A stretch of 64,000 nt of DNA. Origin: Chara braunii (taxonomy: Eukaryota; Plantae; Charophyceae). The notes under the pieces are model-generated. The model did no database searches. It worked only from the letters and a program-made list of their open reading frames with translations, and was not told the DNA's origin. The position numbers and the translations under genes were made by a program. Every line of letters begins with the position of its first letter. The first letter of the stretch is position 1. Where the stretch lies: NCBI GenBank assembly GCA_003427395.1, contig BFEA01000010.1, positions 7,052,077 to 7,116,076 on the forward strand, given 5' to 3'. Below are positions 13,269 to 24,351 of the stretch, piece after piece.

Positions 13269-15269
13269 AACGATGTTACCTCTGTTGCCACGTGCGCCTT
13301 CTCACCATCAATATCGCCCTCCAACCGGTCTTCCATAAGAGCACACAGATCGCGAACCTCATTGAAGAGGGTTTTGAAGACAGACATGATGCCATCTGCC
13401 CTCCTCCAATCCATGCAGACGTCAAGCCGAGGATCCGGCCCCTCCTCCAGCTCCCAGATGATCTCCAGCATGTCCTCACTTTTATCCTTCAGCCAACCAG
13501 CCAGAGAAATCACTCCCCCATCGACCTCTGGCTACACTTGCAGCCACAAAGACATGTCCCTCACAATCTCCTGTAGCCATCTGCATCCTTTCTCCAAGGT
13601 AATCAGCCATCGTTCGCTCCAAGGTGTAGCTCCCTCTCCAAAATCTCCTCCATGGTAGCCATGGCTCGCTCAAAGAACCGCGTTGCTGTTGTGCAGTAAC
13701 CTACAATCAATCACGGCTGGCGCTTCCCCTGTTCACGAGTCGAGGGGCGTCCACACCACCAAACGACAGGTGGCACGTGGCAAGGTGAAAGCCATGGACA
13801 CGTGTCAGGCGTGTGCACAAGCCCAGCGGCCTAGAGGGGACTCACCTCTCCAGCACGCTGGTCAAGCCGGGTGCGGCCAGGCCTCGCCTGTGGGCCGGCG
13901 TTAGGGCGCTAGCACTAGCGCAAGTTCCAGCCTCTGCCCTTCGATTCTCACTCTTTTTTTTCTTCAATAATAGTATCTAAAGGAGATCTCCCTGCTGATC
14001 ACATTTCCAGGTTGTAAGAGAGAAAAAATAAAATAAAAAAATGGAGGTGTAGCTTTCCATGTTCTACAAGAGGATTCGTTCTTCCGCCTCCCCCTCCCCC
14101 CCCAAAAAAAAGAAAAAAGAGGATTGGTTATCGCGTGGACATTTGGCCAGTAGGGGGGCCTGGGCCTTCGCTCCACGACCCTCCACATACACAAAAGACA
14201 AAAAAAAGTTGGGAAAAAAGTTGTGGGGAAAAAGGTGGCGCAGGCCCCAAAATCACTTTCGGCGTCATTTTTGCACCCGCAAAACACTTTCCCGCCATTT
14301 TGACACAGCGGTTGTTACCGGCCCAGCCAGGGTGCAAAAATGTCAGCAAAAGTGATTTTGGGACCTGCGACACCCTGATGCTACCGGCTGTCCCCTAGCC
14401 GGTATCGCCCACCTGCAGGTTGGGAGCAGCCCTTTCATGTTCTCTCGTGAACACGGTTCTGGCTGCTACGGGGTTGGCGGTATGCCTTAAATTAGGAGTA
14501 GTAGTGGTAGGTAGGTAGTGTGAAGTGAAATTCAGAGAAGAACATAGCTTTTATATATTAAAAAAAAAAGAAACCACATGAAACGGCGTTGTATCTTTCC
14601 ATGTTCCAGCGCAAGATTCAGTCTCATTTTGCAGAGTAGTGGAGGAGGGCCCTAAGGCGCCAAAAAAAAAAGAAACCAAGTAAACACCCCTGCCAACTGT
14701 GGAGCTGAAAACCGAGTCACAGTACTATTGAAACTGAAAATCGAATCAGGGGACTACTTAAAACTACATGACCCTACGAAAGGCTCTGTGCTACACCGTG
14801 CCAAACTCACATGCAGTTTCCCTTGGACCCAGCCCCCCTGTCCCCAGCATTTTCCCAAGACTGGTAGTCGGGTCTCCTGTCCCCAACATTTTCTCAAGAC
14901 TGGCACCGGGGTCTCGCAGGGTCGTCACGCGAGACCCGGCTTTTCCTTTAGTAGTATGTAGAAGTAGATTATCCCCAGGGGAAGGACAAGGGAGGAGGGC
15001 TCTGGTAAGAGACTACCGGCACCTTTTTCATGAGTGGACTTAGATGGATACAGCAATCCCCATGAGACCCAGTGAAGATTTCCCCGATCCCTTCCCCCCC
15101 CTTTCAAACTGCTTGGTAGGTTTGGACTGGTATGGGAGAGATTGAGGACGAATGGAAAGATGGGGCCAGGGTATCAGGGTGCAGGGTTTTATGGATCAAG
15201 GGCCTTGAGGTTTATGGAACTTCCCCAATCCAGGAGTGTAAGTCTCCAAGGAGGGTGAGGTGGAGTCTG

Positions 15270-15550
15270 GCATCTGTCTTTGAGGAGGGAGGAATTAGCG
15301 TAAAACAGCAGGAATCTGGCGCCATCTGTAGGGTGAAGAGATTTTTCCCCCCTCTTTTTTCAAGAGCCTTCTCAGTCAATCCCCTGAACCCAGGGTAATC
15401 AATGATGACAGGCATCCCCAAAATCGTTTCAGATACGCCTCATACTCAGACTGTATAAGGGACGCTGGACCCGTTTTCCAGCAGGTGAAGCTCCCCACCA
15501 ATAGATGGAGGCGCCCTCCAGGTGAAAAAAAAAAAAAAAAAAAAAAAAAA
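15270..15550 (+). mobile_element. 3' tail of an L1/Tx1-type LINE with poly(A); 5' limit uncertain (may extend to ~14600)
   Basis: Similar to the 3' UTR of the LINE at 24162-28590. Conserved terminal motif 15452-15510, poly(A) 15525-15550. Confidence 0.7.
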
Positions 15551-15735
15551 GTAGATTATCCCTTTCATCATTCCCGTCCTCATTTCCCCGCATGTTAGGA
15601 CATTATTGTAGATGTTGAGAAAATAGGGGCTAATAGCCTCCCATGCTGAAAAAGTTCGATAGGAAGACCATCGTCCTCTGGACACTTCCCTGTTGCCATT
15701 TGTTTGGCCGCCCAGTGAAGTTTTTCCTGTGTGAT
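15551..15735 (-). pseudogene. LINE-A RT N-terminal fragment (part left of the Penelope insertion)
   Basis: Minus strand reads ITQEKLHWAAKQMATGKCPEDDGLPIELF, then (frameshift) WEAISPYFLNIYNNVL..GMMKGII. This is the L1-type K.PG.DG motif. Confidence 0.75.
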
Positions 15736-16037
15736 GTGCATGATGGTTGAAAATCAGTTTATCGAGTTCTTGGGGGCGAACAAGCGACTGATTATGGGTA
15801 AGCGATATATTGACGACTTGTTGATTATTTCTTTGTTTCGAACCTCGGATGAGCAAGGGGCATCCAAAGCCGAACGGTATCTTAATAGCGTGACGAAGTG
15901 TTATCCGGACGGCCTAGTGCTTGAACGAACAGACCCGGGTATCGGCCTATTGGATTTTCTAGAAACCAGGATGATGGTATGCGGGGCCAAGGTACTGCTG
16001 ATGTCCCACAAGTTCAAAAATGCAGGAACAATTTGGG
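15731..16037 (+). pseudogene. RT C-terminal fragment in the upstream pLTR copy
   Basis: MGKRYIDDLL...LDFLETRM, near-identical to 21681-21931; runs into a gap. Confidence 0.85.
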
Positions 16038-17916
16038 NNNNNNNNNNNNNNNNNNNNNNNNNNNNNNNNNNNNNNNNNNNNNNNNNNNNNNNNNNNNNNN
16101 NNNNNNNNNNNNNNNNNNNNNNNNNNNNNNNNNNNNNNNNNNNNNNNNNNNNNNNNNNNNNNNNNNNNNNNNNNNNNNNNNNNNNNNNNNNNNNNNNNNN
16201 NNNNNNNNNNNNNNNNNNNNNNNNNNNNNNNNNNNNNNNNNNNNNNNNNNNNNNNNNNNNNNNNNNNNNNNNNNNNNNNNNNNNNNNNNNNNNNNNNNNN
16301 NNNNNNNNNNNNNNNNNNNNNNNNNNNNNNNNNNNNNNNNNNNNNNNNNNNNNNNNNNNNNNNNNNNNNNNNNNNNNNNNNNNNNNNNNNNNNNNNNNNN
16401 NNNNNNNNNNNNNNNNNNNNNNNNNNNNNNNNNNNNNNNNNNNNNNNNNNNNNNNNNNNNNNNNNNNNNNNNNNNNNNNNNNNNNNNNNNNNNNNNNNNN
16501 NNNNNNNNNNNNNNNNNNNNNNNNNNNNNNNNNNNNNNNNNNNNNNNNNNNNNNNNNNNNNNNNNNNNNNNNNNNNNNNNNNNNNNNNNNNNNNNNNNNN
16601 NNNNNNNNNNNNNNNNNNNNNNNNNNNNNNNNNNNNNNNNNNNNNNNNNNNNNNNNNNNNNNNNNNNNNNNNNNNNNNNNNNNNNNNNNNNNNNNNNNNN
16701 NNNNNNNNNNNNNNNNNNNNNNNNNNNNNNNNNNNNNNNNNNNNNNNNNNNNNNNNNNNNNNNNNNNNNNNNNNNNNNNNNNNNNNNNNNNNNNNNNNNN
16801 NNNNNNNNNNNNNNNNNNNNNNNNNNNNNNNNNNNNNNNNNNNNNNNNNNNNNNNNNNNNNNNNNNNNNNNNNNNNNNNNNNNNNNNNNNNNNNNNNNNN
16901 NNNNNNNNNNNNNNNNNNNNNNNNNNNNNNNNNNNNNNNNNNNNNNNNNNNNNNNNNNNNNNNNNNNNNNNNTGAAGGTCAAGGTGATGCTGGGGAGAAG
17001 GTGATTTCGCCATGATAATAAAACTCATGTCATCTTCTTCTTTTTGGAGTTCCATTGTCTTTGTGATGAATTAGAACCCTAGACTTGACTTTGCCGTGGC
17101 TTGGGAACGAGCCTAGGGTGCCGATCTACACACTGTTGAGAATCTCACAGTGGGAAAATCGTGCTTGTTTCGTGATATTATCATTACCACTACTATTGTT
17201 GTGGTGTTATATTTTTTCTCTGTAATGGTTGCCGTCCTTTTTTTACATGCTTTTGATTCATGTACATCGTGTTGTTATGATCATTAGAATCTTCGTATGA
17301 TTCCTTCTGGGGCGTGTGGGGGGCATTCGTCCGTGGGAGTATCTGTCTCCCTCTTTCTCAGAGCAACGTCTCAGGAACGGAAGGTAGTAAACGGGTGGAA
17401 CGGCCCGATCACGAAGTAGAGAGAAGTGCGGGCTTGAGTTTCAGACGGGCAGGTGGCGACTTCAAGGGCACGACACTGGTACTGGCGATTGATCAAACGT
17501 CCAAAACTCCCTTCCGAAGCTGCTGCCGACTGGCGCGCGGTATAGTGGCGCGCATGATGTGGTGGCGGAGGGCGTGATCCGGGAAGCTACGGTGCTTTGC
17601 TTACAGTGGCGTGAGCACCGTCTAGTAAAGTTGTAGCGTGACGAACAGGGCAATTGTTGTCAGTAGGGGTGTACATTGCGACACATCGTTCTGTCTCTGA
17701 CGATCGATCGGACTTCCAGGCCTACTTCTTGGATTTGCTACCGATAGAAGCGTGGGACGACGACGCGCGTAAGACGGTGGCAAGAAGCGTGATCCGTAGG
17801 GCATGGTGTTTTGCGTATGGTGGCGAGAGTGTCGACTAGTAAGCAGCTTTGAGACGAATTGTGCTATCGGTGTCAGTATTGGGTGTGGCGTTGCCATTGG
17901 CATTATACTAAGTCGT

Positions 17917-19409
17917 ATGTCAGGTCGTGGGAGGGGTAAAGCTGGTGGAAGGCGTGGCCGTTGGTCTAACTGCGGACGCTACTGGATGGCAGGCAGTGGC
18001 CCGAGCAGTAGCAGTGGGCAACCAGCAGCAAATCCAGCGCAGTACAATGGCGCGGTCCCAGTGGTGAATCCATATCCTCCGGGAGTAAACCCGGTGCAGT
18101 ATGCTGCACCATTCCAATGCGGTGATGCCAATTATGCTGCCACCCGCGGCCTCAGCCTCGACACCTCCAGCACCAATGCAGTATCAAGCAGTTGCACCTC
18201 AAGAGTCCCCCTGGGGAATGCAACCGTGGCAATGGCCAGCGCATGGGCAACAGGCAGGGCAGCCTCCTAGCACGCAGGCGGTGACCAGTCATCAACAAAG
18301 TATTCAGTCGCATCAGCAACCTTTGAACCGGCAGGCTTCCACCTCGCACAACACCAGAGTTGGGAACAATCCTAGGAAGGGCCCGGCGGCGAATTCCTTT
18401 CCTGGCCCGGGAAACCGGGCGTACTTTACGAAAGAGTACATGGACATTTTGGAGGATATCAAGATTAGCAAGGCGATTGAGGAAGCACGGAAGAAGATTG
18501 CAAGTGGTAGACGCGGTGGCGTTCGGATTGTGGAACTGCCTGACGAAGGTAGCAGATCGGAAGGTCGGTCTGCAGATAAGGCGCGATCCACCGACAAGAA
18601 TGATGAGATGAAAGCATGGGTGACATCAACTCTCGGTGACTCTCTCAAGCTCATTACGGAAAAGCTACAGGAGGTCGACCAAAAGGTCAAGCTTGCTGCC
18701 GCTGACAAGTCAGAGCTCGATAGGCTGCGGGAAGAGAAGGCCTTGAAGGAGAAGGGTAGCATGGACCCGGCGAGTAATGAAAAAAGGAAGAGAGGGGGGA
18801 ATGTACCCCAGCGGCAAATTCCCCTCGTATCAATCGGGTGAAGTCACTCACGCGTGGAAGTCGCAAGGCAAAGTTTTGCTCGAAGAGGATCGAGGTATCT
18901 TCCGATGAAGAAGAAACTGGCACGGTGAAGCAGAACCTTCAACCGAAGATGGACACAAGCAGTGAGTTAGCGGACATCAAGACAATGCTTGTTGCGCTCA
19001 TGCAGGGCATAGGGGACACTAAGGGAAAAGCACCTGTAGATGCACCTATGCCTGTGAAGACAGAAGCCAGTGAGGGATCGGAGGGTATGGAAGATGTGGA
19101 CGTGGTACAGAATGAGCAGAACGGAGAGGACGAGGAAAAAAGTGACGAAGGAGGGTTGGCAACATATATGAAGATGAGGCAAGAATCTATTGTTCCTTAC
19201 ATTACACTCGGGTGCAGGAACTTTGCAAGCAGAAGAACATCCAGTACTTCCGGAAGGATGCTGGGGCATGGGAACTTGCAAGACTTGACCTACAGGAATA
19301 TGCAGACACATTGAAGGAAGAGAAACCAGCACGTGCCGCTGAGTCTTCCAAGCTGACACGGTCCACTGGGACTGGTGCAGTACCCGACGACCCGGTCAAG
19401 GGAAACTGA
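17917..19409 (+). pseudogene. Penelope-element ORF1 (about 500 codons, 3 frameshifts): RG-rich N-terminus, P/Q-rich low-complexity region, coiled-coil, basic motif, small C-terminal helical domain
   Basis: Consecutive ORFs 17803-18270, 18101-18841, 18838-19314 and 19212-19409: MSGRGRGKAGGRRGRW; PMQYQ..QQ; LKLITEKLQEVDQKVKLAAADKSELDRLREEK; KRKRG; YTRVQELCKQKNIQYFRKDAGAWELARLD; ends VKGN*. Confidence 0.7.
19400..19409 (+). other. Candidate -1 ribosomal frameshift site G GGA AAC followed by the ORF1 stop
   Basis: ORF1 frame: AAG GGA AAC TGA. The -1 frame GGG AAA CTG AGT... is the GIY-YIG/RT frame. Confidence 0.6.
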
Positions 19410-21931
19410 GTTGGGGCTCCCTTCGTGCATTACGTCGCGCAGCGAATCGAATCAGGAAACTGAAGGGCGTTGCAGATATTGCTACGCGCGGGCTCCTCGA
19501 TCGAATCCACGTCCTTGTCATCCTGCTTGCTTGCCTTAGAAACGAGATAGCATGGGGGCGGGTGTACTTACGATTCTGGCTCAGAATGCCTAGTAGTGCA
19601 TGGAATAGTCTGTTAGAAGGGCGTGAGTGTGTGTATGTNCTCATGTCACTATGTCATAAGGCTGTGTATGTGGGGAAGACCACCGACACACTGTGAGAGC
19701 GATGGTCTGAGCACTGCAGAGTTGTCAAGGGCATCAGGAAGCAAAAAGTCCATGTGTGGTTACGGAAAGTTGGTGGTGAGCATTACGTCCCGATAACGAT
19801 TTGGTTCGGGGATGGATTGATGATAGATACAATGGAACAGACAGTCATTAGCGACTGTAACCCCGGATTGAACGCTCGTGGCACAAAGTGTGGGAAGAAA
19901 GCACGAAGAATGCGTGGGAAGAAGAAGTCACAACTATGTAGGCAGTTGCCTGCCACAGATATTGTCGAGCCATCGTTTTTTGATTGCCCAGCTGTTGAAA
20001 TAAGACATGAACCAGATCTGCTCAAAATCTTTAAACTTATTAGTAAAGGCAAAGTGAAGAAAGGGATTATAATCTCAGACGGAAGTGGTGGGAGATGGTT
20101 AAAGGCGTGGCGTTTGGTTGTGTTGCTGTTTGGGTTTTCTGAAGTGGAGATCCGTGGAGAGGTGCTCCTGTTAAAAGATGCAAAGACGACTATTGAGCAT
20201 GGTGGAGATATGCAGATTGTCGAAATAATCCGCACTAAAACCAAAACCGATTTGTTGAAACACGAGCTTGTGGCACTTCTCAGAGCACCGTGGAAACGTC
20301 GTGACTTGTATAAACTAGATCTATCGCGACTCATTGAGCTGAACAACGCGGTTAAAACAGTGAACCAGCATCGGGGCAGGCAGATCATCCGCGGGGTCCT
20401 CACAAATGTCTTCAAGATGAAATTTGGTATTAACCCTCGTGTAAATGTGGTTGTTAAGTTACCATTTTTTACAATAATTGATAAAAGGAAGGTTGAACTG
20501 GAAATAAAGTCTTGGATTTCGGATACCATTCGACCACAATCACTGGGTAACCTGTATGCAAGGAGAACAAAGGCAGTTTGGCTTAAAGCCAAATCTGTCG
20601 GGGATCTACTGCATAATCATAAGTCATACGTACGATAGTCTTGTTTTAACTGTGTTTGCGTAGACTTTGACTTGCCTAAAGTCAATGGGCATGTTGCGGT
20701 GAAACTCAATGAGGTGGAGGGGATGCATCCGTTTTTGTTTAACGCCAAAAATGTTTCGTTCCCTGGTTCTCTGGCATCCAGGGAAGCGCTTAACCTCGCA
20801 TGTAATAATGTCATTGAGTGTTTGCAGACAAAGGGCATGGCATATCCCCAGATACATATTGATTATCGTCTGGTATCACGTCCAAAAGAAAAAATGCCAG
20901 AAGGGAGTGTGTTGTGTGAGTATGTGAAAGGGATACGGCAAGTGCTGGAAGGCCTTGTTAGATCCCCTTTAGACCGAAATACAAGTGAGACATGGCTTGA
21001 ATGCCCCCTGTCTTATGAAGCCGGTCTAAGGAAGATGTTTCTTGAGAATGAGAATTACGAGTCTATACCTGTGCCTAAACAAGATGTTTTGACCAAAATG
21101 AAGGAGGAATATAAAAAGGCGGGTTTTCTTGAGCTCGGAAGATGGGACGACAAAGGGGACTTGCAGCATGCATATATCATCTCAAAAGAGAAAGACAAAT
21201 GCAAAAAGCGGCCTATTGTACCGTCCTATATGAGTCCGTTCAAGATGGCCTCTGGCATTTTGTCGACTGCCTTGAATGAACTCATCCGTAGAGTTAAAGA
21301 ACCACACTTTAACTTGAGAGTCATTGACAAGTTAAAAGAGGAAATTACAAAGATCAACGAGTTGCCGGAAGTGAAGAAAGGAAACCTTGGTATCATAGCT
21401 CGCACCTATGACATCAAAGAAATGTTCACCCAACTTCCTCACACTGCAATTTAGAAGGCGGTTGCTTGGATTGTGGATTGCTTTCATTCCAAATCAATCA
21501 AATGGATCAGAGTTACTCAAAGAAAAAAGGAAGCACGCTTTGGGAAATCGCACGGGGAAACTGGTTGGAAGTCTGTTCGATTAAAAACGATGATCGGGTT
21601 AGCAGAATTTCAATTAGACAGTGCTTCGACAAAAGAAGGGAATACCCATGGGAGGCAGGGCGAGCCTGCCTCTCGCCTGTGTGATGTGCATGATGGCTGA
21701 GAATCAGTTTATCGAGTCCTTGGGGGCGGACACGCGACTGGTTATGGGTAAGCGATATATTGACGACTTGTTGATTATTGCTTTGTTTCGAACCTCGGAT
21801 GAACAAGGGGCATCCGAAGTCGAACGGTATCTTGATAGCGTGACGAAGTGTTATCCGGACGGCCTAGTGCTTGAACGAACAGACCCGGGTAACGGCCTAT
21901 TGGATTTTCTAGAAACCAGGATGATGGTATG
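19400..21931 (+). pseudogene. Penelope-element ORF2: GIY-YIG endonuclease + reverse transcriptase (in-frame stops at 19694, 20636, 21452; frameshift ~21620; C-terminus in gap)
   Basis: CVYxL..AVYVGKT....R..EH (19628-19711) and E....PGLN; CxC..NGH; PLDRN; RT motifs K.KD..KRPIV, YDIKEMFTQLPH, QKKGIPMG, RYIDD, LDFLE. Confidence 0.88.
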
Positions 21932-22900
21932 NNNNNNNNNNNNNNNNNNNNNNNNNNNNNNNNNNNNNNNNNNNNNNNNNNNNNNNNNNNNNNNNNNNNN
22001 NNNNNNNNNNNNNNNNNNNNNNNNNNNNNNNNNNNNNNNNNNNNNNNNNNNNNNNNNNNNNNNNNNNNNNNNNNNNNNNNNNNNNNNNNNNNNNNNNNNN
22101 NNNNNNNNNNNNNNNNNNNNNNNNNNNNNNNNNNNNNNNNNNNNNNNNNNNNNNNNNNNNNNNNNNNNNNNNNNNNNNNNNNNNNNNNNNNNNNNNNNNN
22201 NNNNNNNNNNNNNNNNNNNNNNNNNNNNNNNNNNNNNNNNNNNNNNNNNNNNNNNNNNNNNNNNNNNNNNNNNNNNNNNNNNNNNNNNNNNNNNNNNNNN
22301 NNNNNNNNNNNNNNNNNNNNNNNNNNNNNNNNNNNNNNNNNNNNNNNNNNNNNNNNNNNNNNNNNNNNNNNNNNNNNNNNNNNNNNNNNNNNNNNNNNNN
22401 NNNNNNNNNNNNNNNNNNNNNNNNNNNNNNNNNNNNNNNNNNNNNNNNNNNNNNNNNNNNNNNNNNNNNNNNNNNNNNNNNNNNNNNNNNNNNNNNNNNN
22501 NNNNNNNNNNNNNNNNNNNNNNNNNNNNNNNNNNNNNNNNNNNNNNNNNNNNNNNNNNNNNNNNNNNNNNNNNNNNNNNNNNNNNNNNNNNNNNNNNNNN
22601 NNNNNNNNNNNNNNNNNNNNNNNNNNNNNNNNNNNNNNNNNNNNNNNNNNNNNNNNNNNNNNNNNNNNNNNNNNNNNNNNNNNNNNNNNNNNNNNNNNNN
22701 NNNNNNNNNNNNNNNNNNNNNNNNNNNNNNNNNNNNNNNNNNNNNNNNNNNNNNNNNNNNNNNNNNNNNNNNNNNNNNNNNNNNNNNNNNNNNNNNNNNN
22801 NNNNNNNNNNNTGAAGGTCAAGGTGATGCTGGGGAGAAGGTGATTTCGCCATGATAATAAAACTCATGTCATCTTCTTCTTTTTGGAGTTCCATTGTCTT

Positions 22901-24158
22901 TGTGATTAATGACCTGTCCAAATCTATTCTTCATGTTGTTGATAATAAGTGACCATTGGAAAATTTTCAAAAATCAGAGAACTCTCGTTGGTCTGTAGAA
23001 AAGCCTTCGAAAGGCCTGCGCATGGATAAAATATCCTGGAAATATAGCCAGGCATACTCGCACATTTCTTCTAATTTGTTGGAAACCTGACGAGCTACAG
23101 TGAAAGGGTGTGCAAGTTGTCGCATGGGGTCTTTTGTGGACTGCAAAAGGAGGCGCCTAAAAGTCTCCTTAGTCATGCGGTTGCCCGCTATAATGTTATA
23201 GTGGGACAACCAGTTCTTCCACTGTTCCTGTTGTCTGATCTCCAAGGCCTCCAACTGTTGGATCGATCTCTTTCGGATTTTCGTCCAATAAGCATCCGAA
23301 ACGGGATGTTTGCCAAACTCATCCTATGCTCTTTTGATTTTTTTTAGGAGTGTTTGTTCTTCTTTCTTTTTATTAATTGATTTATTTGTGAAAGGTTATT
23401 CAGAGAGCTCTGAAGAATTCGTAATTCCACTTCTGTTCATTCCTCATCTGAGGAGAAGAGGTATCTGGTTCCGTTAGGTAGTGCTTAATTCGTACTACCA
23501 TGTCCGGATCCTTCAAATGGTTAGTATTAAGCTTAAAATAGGAAGGGTCGAAGCTCTTCTGTCGGGAAATTCTAAATCTGCAATCAAAGGGGAATGATCA
23601 GAAACATACGAAAAATTTTGTTCCACCTTTGTGCAGAGATCCCATGGTTTACCTTTCATCGGGATGAAGTCCAGGCATTTCCTCACCGGAGGAGATTGAG
23701 ACCCGAACCAAAGTATACCCTGGATCCTCTGGGTTCAACACCCGAAAAGCATCCGTTAGACCTTGGTTTATGCTAAATGCCTTCAGTAACCTTGTGTCTG
23801 TTCTGATACGTTCTGGTTTTGGGCTGTCCATACCTGGATTCAGGACCGTGTTCCAGTCTGCTGCGATTATCAAGTTTGGAGAGTTAGGGATACAATTTGT
23901 GAGCTCCGAGATAAAGGTAATTCTTTCCTGATAATTCACTGGTCAGTAGGCAGACATAACGGACCAATCCTCAGTTCCAAATAAGAATTTGACCCAAACC
24001 CAACTCCCCCAAATGTCAATCATATAATCAATGATCTTTGCGTCCAACTTCTGGTGGAAAAGGATTCCCACTCCTCCTCTAGTTCCCTGCTCTCCCTCAC
24101 CACCTTTAGCAGGCCTCCAGAATTGGGGACCTGTCCACCACGATTTTGCCTCGTTGAT

Positions 24159-24160
<2 letters not shown>
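22901..24160 (-). pseudogene. LINE-A APE endonuclease and linker fragment (L1/Tx1-like)
   Basis: LIIAADWNTVLNP, LTDAFRVLNPEDPGYT, PSYFKLN, EMCEYAWLYFQDIL, DLDRSLIT. Cut at 24160 by the poly(A) of LINE-B. Confidence 0.8.
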
Positions 24161-24193
<33 letters not shown>

Positions 24194-24351
24194 GCTCCGT
24201 CTATTGGTGGGGAGCTTCACCTGCTGGAAACCGGGTCCTGCGTCCTTGTACATCAAGATTAGTCACAAAAATCACACGAGAGCATTCCGCCAGCATTGAT
24301 TGCCCCAAGTTACCCTGGGGATTAACTGAGAGGTTAGGAAAACTTGGAGAC

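Larger units (their letters stand above)
15726..22906 (+). mobile_element. Penelope-like retroelement with N-terminal GIY-YIG (Naiad/Chlamys-type domain order), partial tandem/pLTR structure
   Basis: 15726-17067 duplicates 21676-22906 (about 5% divergent in the visible RT part). GIY-YIG lies upstream of the RT. The element interrupts a LINE whose frame rejoins across it. Confidence 0.88.

Noticed and set aside
15901-17055. Long ORFs spanning N gaps (also around 2964, 21932, 28664 and 56015)
   Set aside because: Their length comes from X runs and microsatellites, not coding sequence.
16972-17070. Hammerhead ribozyme in the Penelope pLTR
   Set aside because: No complete CUGANGA...GAAA core is visible. 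The expected region is mostly within the N gaps, so it cannot be assessed.
19694-19696. In-frame TGA in the GIY-YIG domain as selenocysteine recoding (reported for some Naiad PLEs)
   Set aside because: The same ORF has two TAG stops and a frameshift, the position is not an obvious Cys site, and I see no SECIS. Ordinary decay is simpler.
19783-20592. 269-aa antisense ORF (and similar ones such as 18313-18762)
   Set aside because: Shadow of the sense-strand PLE coding frame, with no motifs of its own.
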